From Candidatus Caldarchaeum sp. (GTDB lineage Archaea > Thermoproteota > Nitrososphaeria_A > Caldarchaeales > Caldarchaeaceae), in the NCBI GenBank assembly GCA_038885755.1, contig JAVZZH010000002.1:128001-192000 (forward strand): a stretch of DNA of 64,000 nt, given 5' to 3'. Both the position numbers and the translations under genes were made by a program. Under the pieces are notes generated by a model that worked only from the letters and a program-made list of their open reading frames with translations, ran no database searches and was not told the DNA's origin. Shown piece after piece: positions 9,958 through 19,726 of this stretch (positions are counted from its first letter, which is position 1; each line of letters opens with the position of its first letter).

Positions 9958-10424
9958 AGCTGAAGCACCTTGAAGAAAACGTCTACAGCGTAGACCATGG
10001 CGACTACGGCTAGGATGACGCTCAGCCAGAAGAGAGCTCTCTGCGGCCTCGACATCGACGCAGCTCTGTACGGATACTCTGGCCGGCTGGGCTTGCCTAA
10101 AGTTATCCCGAAATGAGCTAGGAATAGCCTAACTCCGTTAACCGTGTGGAAGAAGATCATGAACGCCAACACTGCAAGCCCTGCGTCGAACAACGGGTTG
10201 GCGAGAAACGTCTTCGTCTCGTTCCAGACCCTCTCAGCGAACTCGTAGGGCGGAACGCTCCACACAGCCGCTCCCCCGACTACGTTGCCCGTCTCGACCA
10301 CGTGCGCCACAAAGTAAAGAGTTATCGCCACGCCTGAAACACGCTGCAGCGTGTAGCTCCACCGCTCCACCCCGTAGCGTAAGGGGACGAGCCATGTCTT
10401 CAAGGCGTTGACAAGCAAGCTCAT
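9954..10424 (-). CDS. sdhC: Succinate dehydrogenase cytochrome b subunit C
   Basis: WSYTLQRVSG, YFVAH and FHTVNGVRL. Confidence 0.88.
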   Translation of the reverse strand: MSLLVNALKTWLVPLRYGVERWSYTLQRVSGVAITLYFVAHVVETGNVVGGAAVWSVPPYEFAERVWNETKTFLANPLFDAGLAVLAFMIFFHTVNGVRLFLAHFGITLGKPSRPEYPYRAASMSRPQRALFWLSVILAVVAMVYAVDVFFKVLQL

Positions 10425-10426
10425 GG

Positions 10427-12166
10427 CTAATACTTCCTCTCAGTCGGAATGTACTCTGTTATGGTAGGACTAATATACTCTACTCTAGGACCGTCCGCCG
10501 AATAGTAGGCCAAAGTATGCTTGAGAAAGTTCACGTCATCCCTCTTCGGATAATCTATTCGTGCATGCGCTCCGCGCGACTCTCTCCGGTTGAGGGCGGA
10601 GACGAGTATTACCTCAGACACCTCCAGCATCATCTCAATCTCCAGAACGTTCATCAGGTTGGTGTTGTAGTACCTGCTGCTGTCGACGACTCCTCTAAAC
10701 ATACGCTGCTTTAGGCTTCTCAGGGCTGCGAGGCCTTCGAGCATCGTTTTCTCATCACGGTATATGTGGCATGTTCTCTCCATGGTCGACTGAAGCTCGT
10801 TCCTTATGTCGTACGGGTTTTCACGGGGAGCTTTGCCCAGCAACTCGTCGTAGATGTGCTTGCTCACCCGCTCGACTTCAGCCTTCGAGATCGTGCCGGT
10901 GTTGTGTTTCTCAGCCACGTATTCAGCGGCAGCCCTGCCGGTTATGGCTCCCCACACCAAGCACTCAGTCGTAGAGTTCGAGCCAAGCCTGTTGGCGCCG
11001 TTTATGGAGACGCAGGCCGCCTCCCCCGCAGCCCACAAACCCTTGATGACAGTAGCTCCCTCTAGGTTGGTGTCAACTCCACCCATGTAGTAGTGCGCCA
11101 CCGGCCTCACCGGAATCGGTTCGTTGACAGGGTCTATGCCTGCAAGCCTCATGCATATTTCCCTTATCCCAGCCAGCCGTGTCTTGATCTTCTCCTCACC
11201 GACCGCACGGAGGTCGAGATAGAGATGCTTCATCCCGTTTGGGCCCTCGACTCCACGGCCCTCGGCTATCTCCGTATACATGGCTCTAGAGACTATATCA
11301 CGTGGCGCAAGCTCCATCTTCTCGGGCGCATACCTCTTCATGAACCGCTCACCCTTAGCGTTGAGCAGTATTCCACCCTCTCCTCGAGAGGCTTCCGTGA
11401 TCAGTATGCCTGAGGGGACGAGCCCCGTGGGATGGAACTGCACGAACTCCATGTCTTTCAAGGGGGCTCCAGCACGGTAGGTGATGTACAGCCCGTCGGG
11501 TGTCGAGGAGTAGCCGTAGGTTGCGAAAGTGTAGAGACGCCCAGCCCCGCCCGTGGCTATGATGCCCGCCTTAGCCTCGACCGTGTGAAGCTTACCGGTC
11601 TTCAGCTCGAGAGCCACCAACCCCTTAAACTTACCGGCTTCAACGAGAAGCGAGACCACAGCCCACTCCGGAAAGAACTGAATGTTGTCATGTTTCAAAG
11701 CCGTGTCGTACAGAGTGCTCATCTCGAAAAACCCCACCTTGTCCTCGGCGAAACAAGCCCTTGGATAGCTCTGGCCTCCGAAAGACCTCTGAGCAATCTT
11801 CCCGTCAGGCCGTCGAGACCAAGGCATGCCCCATCTATCAAGCTGAAGAATCTCCTCAGGAGCCTTCCTTACAAACAGCTCCACAGCATCTTGGTCTGCT
11901 AGAAAGTCCGACCCCTTCACAGTATCGTAAACATGCGACTGGAATGAATCGCCTTCCTCGGGATAGAGAACAGCCGCCGTACCGCCCTCAGCGGAGACAG
12001 AATGGGAACGCATTACCTGAGTCTTTGTGAAGACTCCAACAGCCAGCTTGTTCCTACTCGTCCTGCTGGCCTCGATGGCTGCACGCAGCCCCGCGAGCCC
12101 GGAGCCGACGACAGCAACATCGACGCTGATATCGGCAACCATTTCGTATAAAACTTCACCGTCCAT
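10427..12166 (-). CDS. sdhA: Succinate dehydrogenase/fumarate reductase flavoprotein subunit
   Basis: GSGLAG, RSHSVSAEGG (covalent FAD His), QFHPT, ITEASRGEGG, HYYMGG, GANRLGSNS and ESRGAH. Confidence 0.96.
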   Translation of the reverse strand: MDGEVLYEMVADISVDVAVVGSGLAGLRAAIEASRTSRNKLAVGVFTKTQVMRSHSVSAEGGTAAVLYPEEGDSFQSHVYDTVKGSDFLADQDAVELFVRKAPEEILQLDRWGMPWSRRPDGKIAQRSFGGQSYPRACFAEDKVGFFEMSTLYDTALKHDNIQFFPEWAVVSLLVEAGKFKGLVALELKTGKLHTVEAKAGIIATGGAGRLYTFATYGYSSTPDGLYITYRAGAPLKDMEFVQFHPTGLVPSGILITEASRGEGGILLNAKGERFMKRYAPEKMELAPRDIVSRAMYTEIAEGRGVEGPNGMKHLYLDLRAVGEEKIKTRLAGIREICMRLAGIDPVNEPIPVRPVAHYYMGGVDTNLEGATVIKGLWAAGEAACVSINGANRLGSNSTTECLVWGAITGRAAAEYVAEKHNTGTISKAEVERVSKHIYDELLGKAPRENPYDIRNELQSTMERTCHIYRDEKTMLEGLAALRSLKQRMFRGVVDSSRYYNTNLMNVLEIEMMLEVSEVILVSALNRRESRGAHARIDYPKRDDVNFLKHTLAYYSADGPRVEYISPTITEYIPTERKY

Positions 12167-12175
12167 AATTTAATG

Positions 12176-12376
12176 CTATTTGTCTTTCTTACTCCTCTTG
12201 ACACGTGTAAGAACTATGCGTCCCTTCCCAGGTAATACGACCATCTTCAACCTCTCACCTTCGCGGAAGACGAACTGGCTGTCCGAGCTTATCTTGGACG
12301 GCACGTGAATGTAGAAATAGGTTTTGCCGCTCAAGTGTCTCTTCTTCCTTAGAAAAACCGTCGCCACCAACGGCAT
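12176..12376 (-). CDS. Small AbrB/MazE/SpoVT-like protein
   Basis: 66 aa with YIHVPSKI....QF.FREGERLKMVV, resembling the swapped-hairpin fold; 9 nt upstream of sdhA. Confidence 0.6.
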   Translation of the reverse strand: MPLVATVFLRKKRHLSGKTYFYIHVPSKISSDSQFVFREGERLKMVVLPGKGRIVLTRVKRSKKDK

Positions 12377-12472
12377 CTAGTCCTTTATAGTGGTGTTCAG
12401 TATCGTATATATGGATATCACACCCCCATCCGCATAATTCCTAAAATACACGGTTTACATCCTAAACCCGAA

Positions 12473-13396
12473 GTGCAGGCCGTTCTACAACAAACCATCT
12501 GCAGCCTCTGCAGAGACGGTAGAGCTGTCTACGCAAGAGTGTATTCAGGCGAGAAGCTTTGCAGAAAATGTTTCATCAAAACTTTCGAGAAAAGAGTTCT
12601 CCGGACAATAGCAAGGTACAGGCTTCTGAGGAGAGACGACCGCATAGCTGTGGCTGTTTCAGGAGGGAAGGACAGCTTGTCTCTCCTACAAGTGATGAAG
12701 AAGATAGAGTCGAGCTTTCCCACGGCTCAGCTATTCGCGGTGACGGTTGACGAGGGGATAGACGGGTACAGGGATGAGGCCCTTACGTTGGTCGAGCAGG
12801 CTGCCGTCAAGCTGGGCGTACCACTGGTCAGGACATCCTTCAAGGAGGTTTACGGCGTGTCGTTGTCCGAGATAATGTCCAGCACGGCTTTCCAGAGAAG
12901 CGGTCTCGCAGCGTGCAGCGTTTGCGGGCCTCTCCGCAGGAAAGCAATCAACGTTGCGGCGAAGAAGGCCGGAGCCACGGTCGTAGCCACAGCCCATACC
13001 TTGGATGACATAGTCCAGACATACATGCTGAAGGCTTTGAGAGGAGAGCTCGGAAGCTCCGAGGTCGGCCTCCGCTCCGACGGCCCCGCCCTGCCCAGAG
13101 TGGCGCCGTTCCGACTAACTCCTGAGAGGGAGGTGGTCTTCTACGCCTACTTGACCGGCGTACCGTTCCAGTCAATCGTGTGTCCTAACGCGTCCAACAC
13201 CATGCGGAGCGCAGTCAGAAAATTCCTCACAGAGTTCGAGGAGAAACATCCCGGCTCGCTGTTCGCGGCGCTCAAAAGCTTCGAACGAGCGCATGCAGCA
13301 GGAGGCAAAAACCTCCAGCTCTGCAAAGTCTGCGGAGAGCCAACGAGCCGTGAAACATGCCGGGTCTGCGAACTCCTCAAAACTATAAAGCCCTAG
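12473..13396 (+). CDS. tRNA 2-thiolation protein (TtuA/NcsA/Ctu1 family)
   Basis: N-terminal CSLC/CRKC, PP-loop SGGKDS, CSVCG..RR, TAH.LDD, CP and C-terminal CKVC/CRVC. Confidence 0.88.
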   Translation: MQAVLQQTICSLCRDGRAVYARVYSGEKLCRKCFIKTFEKRVLRTIARYRLLRRDDRIAVAVSGGKDSLSLLQVMKKIESSFPTAQLFAVTVDEGIDGYRDEALTLVEQAAVKLGVPLVRTSFKEVYGVSLSEIMSSTAFQRSGLAACSVCGPLRRKAINVAAKKAGATVVATAHTLDDIVQTYMLKALRGELGSSEVGLRSDGPALPRVAPFRLTPEREVVFYAYLTGVPFQSIVCPNASNTMRSAVRKFLTEFEEKHPGSLFAALKSFERAHAAGGKNLQLCKVCGEPTSRETCRVCELLKTIKP

Positions 13397-13865
13397 CCTT
13401 GACCAGACGCCAGCCCTAGGAACGCCTCTAGTTGAAGATTAATCGGTAGGGGCTGGGCAGGGGTTCCGTGGCATTCTTGGCTGACACCCAGCCACTTACT
13501 CAGCTCTGCCTCAAGAGGTGTTTTCCCAAAACTCGTTCGCCGCTGGAGTTGTTTAACAACCATCTAGAGCATGCTTCTCCGCCGTCGCTGAATTTAACGA
13601 GCAAAACATGGAGATGGCTACCATGCTTGAAGCATGGGTATCGTCCAGATACACGCCACAAGGCTGCTGTGTTGAGGCTGGCGGGGATGCCGACAGCTAC
13701 ACGGAAGTGTTGATCTTGGCTGAGCCGGGTCTCTGGACAAGAAACTGAGCTAAAGATGGAGGTTGATGAGCTGAGGCCTTTCCAGACCTGTGCAGTGCCG
13801 CCGGATTTGTTCGAAGACCAGCATAGAGCGGTGCTTAGGTCTAGACCTAGTGGGGGGTCTTTGTG

Positions 13866-15038
13866 TCATATTTGGAAGAAGCCGAAGAAGCTGTAGGTCA
13901 TGGCGATGTTTGATATGAGCAGGGTAATGCAGAGGACGGCGGCCGAGTTCGCTAGCGCGAACACTCTCTTCGGGTCTTTAACGTATTTCTCTAGCACGGC
14001 TTTCAGAACTATGCTTCCGTCGAGCATGTATATGGGGAGCATGTTGAAGACCGCCACGCCTATAGATACAAGCTGCAGCCAGAAAAGAGTTCTGTAGAGC
14101 ATGTAGGCTGAAGTGGGAGGTATTCCCTGAAGCCTCGGCTGGAGGTATGTGTCCACCTGCGAAACTCCTAGCCCCCTTATCACGGAGCCCAGCGGAAGCT
14201 CCCTACCCCTCACCTCCGGGTTTGTCTCAAAAACGTACTCTCTCTCCAACGTCCTCACCTTCAGAACGTCGGTGATCGTTATGATTGACGCTCTAGCCGT
14301 GTAGCTGTTTACGGGAACGTCGTCGATGCTCACCAAAACCTCGTTGACGTTTATTCTCGAACCCTCCTCAACCTGAACAGCGATCAGACCAGCTTCCTGC
14401 GGCACAAAAAACAAGAACAAAGCCAAAACAGCCAGAAGACCGACGACCAAGTTGGCGAAAGAGCCGACGGCCGCCACACGTATCCTGACGCCGGGCGCAG
14501 AGGACTTGAAAGCCTGCTCATCAGGCTCCACGAACCCTCCGGGCACCACGAAGATGAAGAAAACACCGGCGGACCTGACTGGAAGCCCTTCACGTCGGGC
14601 GATTATGCCGTGCAGACCCTCGTGAGTTATCAATACGATGGCGAAGGCTATGAAGAGGTACGGCAGGTTTTCAAGCCTGATCGTGACGCCTATGATTAGC
14701 GGGATCACTATGTTCTGCCCACCGACCTGCTCGGGTCTGAAGAGATAGGTTGAGAGGTTTGTGCTTAGGATGTAGATGGCGAAAGCCATGAGGCCGAAGC
14801 CTGTTGCTACGGCCGCCCGTGAAACAGCATCCCAGAGACGGGGTGATTTCTCCATGATGACGTCCAGAGGCCTGGCTATCCGACGACTCCGGATGATGAG
14901 CAGAAGAGGGTAGAGTGAGACTGAAAGCTTCTCGTTAGTTTCGTCTCCGGCTGCAGGCTTCCTCCTGACGACCGTGTGTATGAGGTACGCCGCCACCCAA
15001 ACCACTGCAAGGGCGGCGATTGCGATAACTAGATCCAC
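13866..15038 (-). CDS. Site-2 protease (peptidase M50) with a PDZ-like insert
   Basis: HEGLH, GFVEPDE and FNMLP..MLDG. Confidence 0.9.
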   Translation of the reverse strand: MDLVIAIAALAVVWVAAYLIHTVVRRKPAAGDETNEKLSVSLYPLLLIIRSRRIARPLDVIMEKSPRLWDAVSRAAVATGFGLMAFAIYILSTNLSTYLFRPEQVGGQNIVIPLIIGVTIRLENLPYLFIAFAIVLITHEGLHGIIARREGLPVRSAGVFFIFVVPGGFVEPDEQAFKSSAPGVRIRVAAVGSFANLVVGLLAVLALFLFFVPQEAGLIAVQVEEGSRINVNEVLVSIDDVPVNSYTARASIITITDVLKVRTLEREYVFETNPEVRGRELPLGSVIRGLGVSQVDTYLQPRLQGIPPTSAYMLYRTLFWLQLVSIGVAVFNMLPIYMLDGSIVLKAVLEKYVKDPKRVFALANSAAVLCITLLISNIAMTYSFFGFFQI

Positions 15039-15133
15039 TGTGTTGTTGTTTTCAGGGTTCCATATATATACTTGTGCGTGTAAGCAGTCTGAGAAGATAA
15101 GGATAAAGAGAGGGTTTAGGCTGAAAAGTTGAC

Positions 15134-15730
15134 GTGGAAGACCGTGGCTCGCCTAGGACGGGTGTAAAACTCGTATCGTACATAGCCCTTTACGTAATCG
15201 CCTCAGCCCTCGTCCAGTGGCTTCTCTTATCTCTGCTGCCGGCCCTCGGCCTCAACCTAGCCGACTACCTTGTCTACGCCCAGATACTCTTGGCTCTCGC
15301 TTTCGGCTACTTGATAGTCAGCTCCTTGAGCGAGCTGTTTTACTGGACTACTAAAATCAAGTACGGCCGTCCCACGGCTATGGCGGTCAGAAACCTCGTA
15401 AGAATTGTGGGGCTCGGAGCTCTCGCCGCATCGATAGCTGGTGGCGCGGCAGGCGGGGGAGCCGGCGTGGCTTTGGGAGGATTCATAGGTATAGTCATAG
15501 GATTTGCTTCGCAGCAGGTGTTGGGTCAGGCGGTCTCGGGCCTGTTTCTGCTTATCTCGAGGCCTTTCAAGGTGGGCGACCAAGTTGTGCTGGGCGGCGA
15601 CGAAGGAGTGGTGGAGGACGTGGCCACTTTGTTCACCGTAGTGCGGAAAAACGATGGAACGAAGGTCCTCATCCCCAACAACACGATAATAGGAGGCAAA
15701 ATCTACATTAAATCCGGGCAGCAGCAGTAA
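15134..15730 (+). CDS. Small-conductance mechanosensitive channel (MscS family)
   Basis: IGFASQQVLGQAVSGLFLLISRPFKVGD and G.KVLIPN. Confidence 0.9.
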   Translation: MEDRGSPRTGVKLVSYIALYVIASALVQWLLLSLLPALGLNLADYLVYAQILLALAFGYLIVSSLSELFYWTTKIKYGRPTAMAVRNLVRIVGLGALAASIAGGAAGGGAGVALGGFIGIVIGFASQQVLGQAVSGLFLLISRPFKVGDQVVLGGDEGVVEDVATLFTVVRKNDGTKVLIPNNTIIGGKIYIKSGQQQ

Positions 15731-15738
15731 AGCCAAGC

Positions 15739-16164
15739 TTGCCCCATTACGTCCGCTGCATGGAGGAGGAGACGTGGCTCACCGAGTCGAGGCCCATCAC
15801 CACGTGGAGAGCTTTGGAGCAGCTTGCTAAACAGCTTCTGACTAACGACAGCCTTGTAAGGCTTCCCGTGAAGAGGAAGGTTTATTCACGCGACGAGGTC
15901 AAGGCGTGGACAGACTTCTTTTTCAAGGTGAGAGATTATAAGCCGGCGGTTAAGCTGGAGCTGTCGAAGTTCCACCTCGGGCACGGCGTGATGGATTTTG
16001 AAAGGCTTGCGGCTGAGATGGGTGTGGGGACTGAGGAGGCCGCTTTGTATGTGAAAACACTTGACAAGCCTTTGATGATGGCGGCGGCTGAGGAGATGCT
16101 GCAGGCCGTTATGCACAGCCACAAGTTCACCCACCACGTAGAGCTTGTCAAGGGAAGGGTTTAG
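15739..16164 (+). CDS. Hypothetical protein
   Basis: 141-aa ORF with host-like codon usage, tightly packed after mscS. Confidence 0.6.
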   Translation: MPHYVRCMEEETWLTESRPITTWRALEQLAKQLLTNDSLVRLPVKRKVYSRDEVKAWTDFFFKVRDYKPAVKLELSKFHLGHGVMDFERLAAEMGVGTEEAALYVKTLDKPLMMAAAEEMLQAVMHSHKFTHHVELVKGRV

Positions 16165-16228
16165 ACGGACTGCGCGGGTACTCATTGGCCTGTTCATAAC
16201 TTAAATGCTCGTTAGCCGACTTTGCGGC

Positions 16229-17761
16229 ATGGAGCCTATACGAATACAGCTCAGCAGAATATTCTCCGACCTTTATGAAGAAGACCGTGATGGTTATCCG
16301 GTCTTCGGCACGTTCATCAACGGAGTCTGGTCCATCTCCCCGGAACAACCCACGTTCAACGTCCACTCCCCTATAGACGGGTCTGTCCTGATGAGGGTTC
16401 AGAAATGCGGCGTGGCTGAGGTGGACAGAGCTGTTTCATCCGCTAGGGATAATCAGCATAAGATAAGGTCTCTTGCGGCTATCGACAGGATCGAGATAAT
16501 GGATGAAGCTTCTAGGATAATCAAGCAGCATGCAGAGGATTTCGCCAGAGTCATCACGTATGAGATGGGGAGGCCGATCGTGGACTCCCCGGGAGAGGTC
16601 AACGCTCTCGTGGAGAGGCTGAGGCTCAGCATGGAGGACGCTCGCACGGTGAGCGGCGAATACATTCCCGGCGACTGGTCGCCTGACACCGTTGGAAAAA
16701 TAGCCATAGTTTTGAGGGAGCCTGTGGGGGTTGTCGGCGCCATAGGCCCGTTCAACTACCCTTTGTTCATACCTGCGGCTAAGGTAATCCCGGCTCTATT
16801 AGGGGCAAACTCGGTCGTGGCGAAGCCTTCCAGCAGCGCACCCCTCTCCTTGATGATGCTGGCTAGAGTTCTGCAGATTGCAGGCTTGCCTGACGGAGTT
16901 CTCAACGTCTTATGCGGTCCGGGAGAGCTAGGTATAGCCATAGCAAGCCATCCAGACGTCGGAATGGTTTCCTTTACGGGAAGCACTGAGGCTGGGAGGG
17001 ACGTGGCTAGAAACGCCGTCAACAAGCGACTACACCTCGAGCTCGGCGGCAAAGGCTACGCTCTCGTCTTGAGCGATGCAGACCTAGAGCTGGCTGCGAA
17101 AAAATGCGTCGAGGGAGCGTTGAAAAACGCAGGACAGCGCTGCGACGCCGTGAGCATGGTTTTGGTGGATAAATCGGTGGCAGAACAGTTCACCGACCTA
17201 GTGCTGCGGTTTGTTGAGGAGTGGAGGCTGGGCGACCCACGAGACCTGTCTACTAGGGTCGGCCCTCTTGTCAACGAGCAAGCCGCCAAGCGGGTGAACT
17301 CCATGGTCATGGACGCTGTTGAAAAAGGCGCTGAGCTGAAGTTCGGCGGGTCCTTCCACTCAGCATACCATCAGCCGACCGTGCTAACCCATGTTCCCGA
17401 GAACGCCGTCATAGTCTGGGAGGAGACTTTCGGCCCGGTGATCCCGATAATGGAGGTGGAGAGCGACAGCCACGCCCTATCTATCGCCACGAGGTCCAAG
17501 TACGGATTGGACGCAGCCGTCTTCACGAATGACTTCTACCGGATGTGGAAAGTAGTCAAAGCGTTGAGGGTGGGAGAGGTGACGATAAACGACTTCCCAC
17601 GGCACGGAGTTGGTTTCTTCCCGTTCGGAGGAGTGAAGGAGTCAGGCATAGGCAGGGAGGGAATAGGGTACTCGATAGAGGAGATGATGGTTTTGAAGAC
17701 TGTTGTGTTCAACCTCGAGCCGGCTGGTCTAGGTAAGCTTAGACGGCCTAAGATAGACTGA
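16229..17761 (+). CDS. gapN: Non-phosphorylating glyceraldehyde-3-phosphate dehydrogenase (ALDH family)
   Basis: ALDH motifs PFNYP, FTGS, ELGG, GQRC and ETFGP, plus archaeal GAPN-like GEYIPGDW..DT and DFPRHGVGFFPFGG. ATG 16229 follows a TTAAAT box. Confidence 0.8.
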   Translation: MEPIRIQLSRIFSDLYEEDRDGYPVFGTFINGVWSISPEQPTFNVHSPIDGSVLMRVQKCGVAEVDRAVSSARDNQHKIRSLAAIDRIEIMDEASRIIKQHAEDFARVITYEMGRPIVDSPGEVNALVERLRLSMEDARTVSGEYIPGDWSPDTVGKIAIVLREPVGVVGAIGPFNYPLFIPAAKVIPALLGANSVVAKPSSSAPLSLMMLARVLQIAGLPDGVLNVLCGPGELGIAIASHPDVGMVSFTGSTEAGRDVARNAVNKRLHLELGGKGYALVLSDADLELAAKKCVEGALKNAGQRCDAVSMVLVDKSVAEQFTDLVLRFVEEWRLGDPRDLSTRVGPLVNEQAAKRVNSMVMDAVEKGAELKFGGSFHSAYHQPTVLTHVPENAVIVWEETFGPVIPIMEVESDSHALSIATRSKYGLDAAVFTNDFYRMWKVVKALRVGEVTINDFPRHGVGFFPFGGVKESGIGREGIGYSIEEMMVLKTVVFNLEPAGLGKLRRPKID

Positions 17762-17772
17762 AAACCGCACCC

Positions 17773-18309
17773 TTAGCGACTGCTGAAAACAGGCGTTAAA
17801 TCAACCAGCAAAATTACACCGTTCTCCGACGGAAAGGGAGAGCCACGGCCCAGCTCCTCTATCACGTCCTCCACACGTGCGGTAAGCTCGTCAAAGTCCA
17901 TCCTCTCAACAGGAACTATCACCACGGCGAACCTAGGCTCCTTACTTATCTCCTTAAGGTCAGCTTCGGTCACCGGGAAAACAATCCAAGTGACACGACG
18001 AATTTCATGCATGGGTACGGCTATCACCCACAGGTCGTAGTCCTCGCTGACCAACGGAGTAAGGAGAATGAAGGACGCTGACCCTTTGAACCCGCTCCAC
18101 AGCTGCTGGAAATAAGTGTCTTGGACGCCGACCAGCAGGATGTTCTTGCTTGGAAGCGTCTTGACCTCCTCAGGGTCTACCTCGCCGAGGGCTGTTATAG
18201 TCCCGGGGAGAACCCTGTTCTCGTATCCAGAGTAGGTTTTGAAGACATGCTGGTAGGACTCTATTCTAGCGAGCGACTCCAGAAGCTGTTTTTCCTCCGA
18301 CGTTTTCAA
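17773..18309 (-). CDS. Hypothetical protein
   Basis: 178-aa ORF 4 nt downstream of the aspartate kinase gene. Confidence 0.6.
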   Translation of the reverse strand: MKTSEEKQLLESLARIESYQHVFKTYSGYENRVLPGTITALGEVDPEEVKTLPSKNILLVGVQDTYFQQLWSGFKGSASFILLTPLVSEDYDLWVIAVPMHEIRRVTWIVFPVTEADLKEISKEPRFAVVIVPVERMDFDELTARVEDVIEELGRGSPFPSENGVILLVDLTPVFSSR

Positions 18310-18313
18310 CTAA

Positions 18314-19726
18314 TCATCTCCGGGTCTCACCGTTCTTCCCCAGCCCGTACTCGCTGTGTATGGTTTTGACGGCCTCCACTCCGTCGGATTCTTTAACCAC
18401 GAAGCTGATGTTGAGCTCCGAACTTCCCTGAGCAATCATCCTGATGTTTATACCCTTAGAGGCCACGGCTCCGAAGACACGGCTCGCAACGCCGGGAGTC
18501 CCCTTCATACCCTCCCCCACCACAGCCACGACCACCACATCTTCCTCAGGCTCGACAGAGGCCACGATCCTAGTACCGAGAAGGGCTTTCTCAATCGATG
18601 TAACTGCTTTGTTGAGATGGCTCCGCTTGATGATTAGCGATATGCTGGATTCTGAGATGCTTTGAGAGATCATCATGACGCTCACGCCAGCCTTGTAGAG
18701 CGTGTCGAGTATCCGGGCCGCTGTGCCCGGCTCCCCCACCATGCTCGGGCCCTTGACGGTGAGCATCGCCGTGTTGTTGACCAGCAGAACGGCTTTGACA
18801 GGCTTGCTTGACTTCTCCGAGACGTCGGTTATCAAGGTGCCTTCAGCATCGGGGTTGAAAGTGTTCTTTATCTTGACAGGTATTTTGGCCAGCATCGCAG
18901 GCTCCAGAGCCCTCGGATGAAGGCCTTTGGCGCCGAACAAAGCCATCTCGATAGCTTCGTTGTAGGAGATCATTCTCAAAACCCTGCTGTCGGGAACAAT
19001 CCTAGGGTTGGCGGTCATCAACCCGTCGACATCGGTCCAAAGCCAAACCTCGTCAGCTGGAAGACTGCTGGCGAGAATAGTAGCCGTGTAGTCCGACCCT
19101 CCCCTGCCCAAAGTAGTCGTCACACCCTCCTCGTTCGTCGCTATGAACCCTGTCACAACAGGTATGATTCCCTCGTCGAGCATCCTTCCCACCCTCCGCT
19201 TGACGTTGAGCCTCGTCACCTCCGTCAAAGGCGCTGCCTCACCGAAGTTGGAGTCCGTGACTATGCCCGCCTCACCCCCGTCTAGGTATTGTGCTTTGAG
19301 GCCCATCGAGTTTAGGGCTCCAGCCATAACAAGCGTCGAAAGCCTCTCCCCGAAGGAGAGAACATAGTCCGTGCTACGAGGCGTCGCCTCACGCAGGTAA
19401 AGTATTCCGAGCGTAGCTCTCCTCAGCTCCCGAAGCCACTGCTTCAGAGTTTCACCGGTCTCCTCCCTCACCCTGTCGTCCGCAACAGCGGCGAGAAGGT
19501 TTAGATGATGCTGCTCAAGCTGGGAGAGTCTCCGCTCAACATCCTCCGAACGACCTCGACGCGCCGTCTCGACGAGCGCCAGCAAGTCATCCGTAGTGTC
19601 GCCGGAGGCCGAGCAGACAACTATTATCTCATGCTCGGAGGCATGACCAGCGACTATTGACGCTGCTTTCCTTATCAAATCGGCTGAGGCGAGGGATGAG
19701 CCTCCGAACTTCATCACTATCTTCAA
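18314..19726 (-). CDS. lysC: Aspartate kinase with two ACT domains
   Basis: MKFGGSS, SFGERLS, TLGRGGSDYTA, WTDVDG, GAKGLHP and QGSSE. Confidence 0.93.
   Translation of the reverse strand: MKIVMKFGGSSLASADLIRKAASIVAGHASEHEIIVVCSASGDTTDDLLALVETARRGRSEDVERRLSQLEQHHLNLLAAVADDRVREETGETLKQWLRELRRATLGILYLREATPRSTDYVLSFGERLSTLVMAGALNSMGLKAQYLDGGEAGIVTDSNFGEAAPLTEVTRLNVKRRVGRMLDEGIIPVVTGFIATNEEGVTTTLGRGGSDYTATILASSLPADEVWLWTDVDGLMTANPRIVPDSRVLRMISYNEAIEMALFGAKGLHPRALEPAMLAKIPVKIKNTFNPDAEGTLITDVSEKSSKPVKAVLLVNNTAMLTVKGPSMVGEPGTAARILDTLYKAGVSVMMISQSISESSISLIIKRSHLNKAVTSIEKALLGTRIVASVEPEEDVVVVAVVGEGMKGTPGVASRVFGAVASKGINIRMIAQGSSELNISFVVKESDGVEAVKTIHSEYGLGKNGETRR

Noticed and set aside
13705-13780. C/D box sRNA suggested by TGATGA and CTGA words
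   Set aside because: Order and spacing do not fit the C-D'-C'-D layout with 10-12-nt guides.
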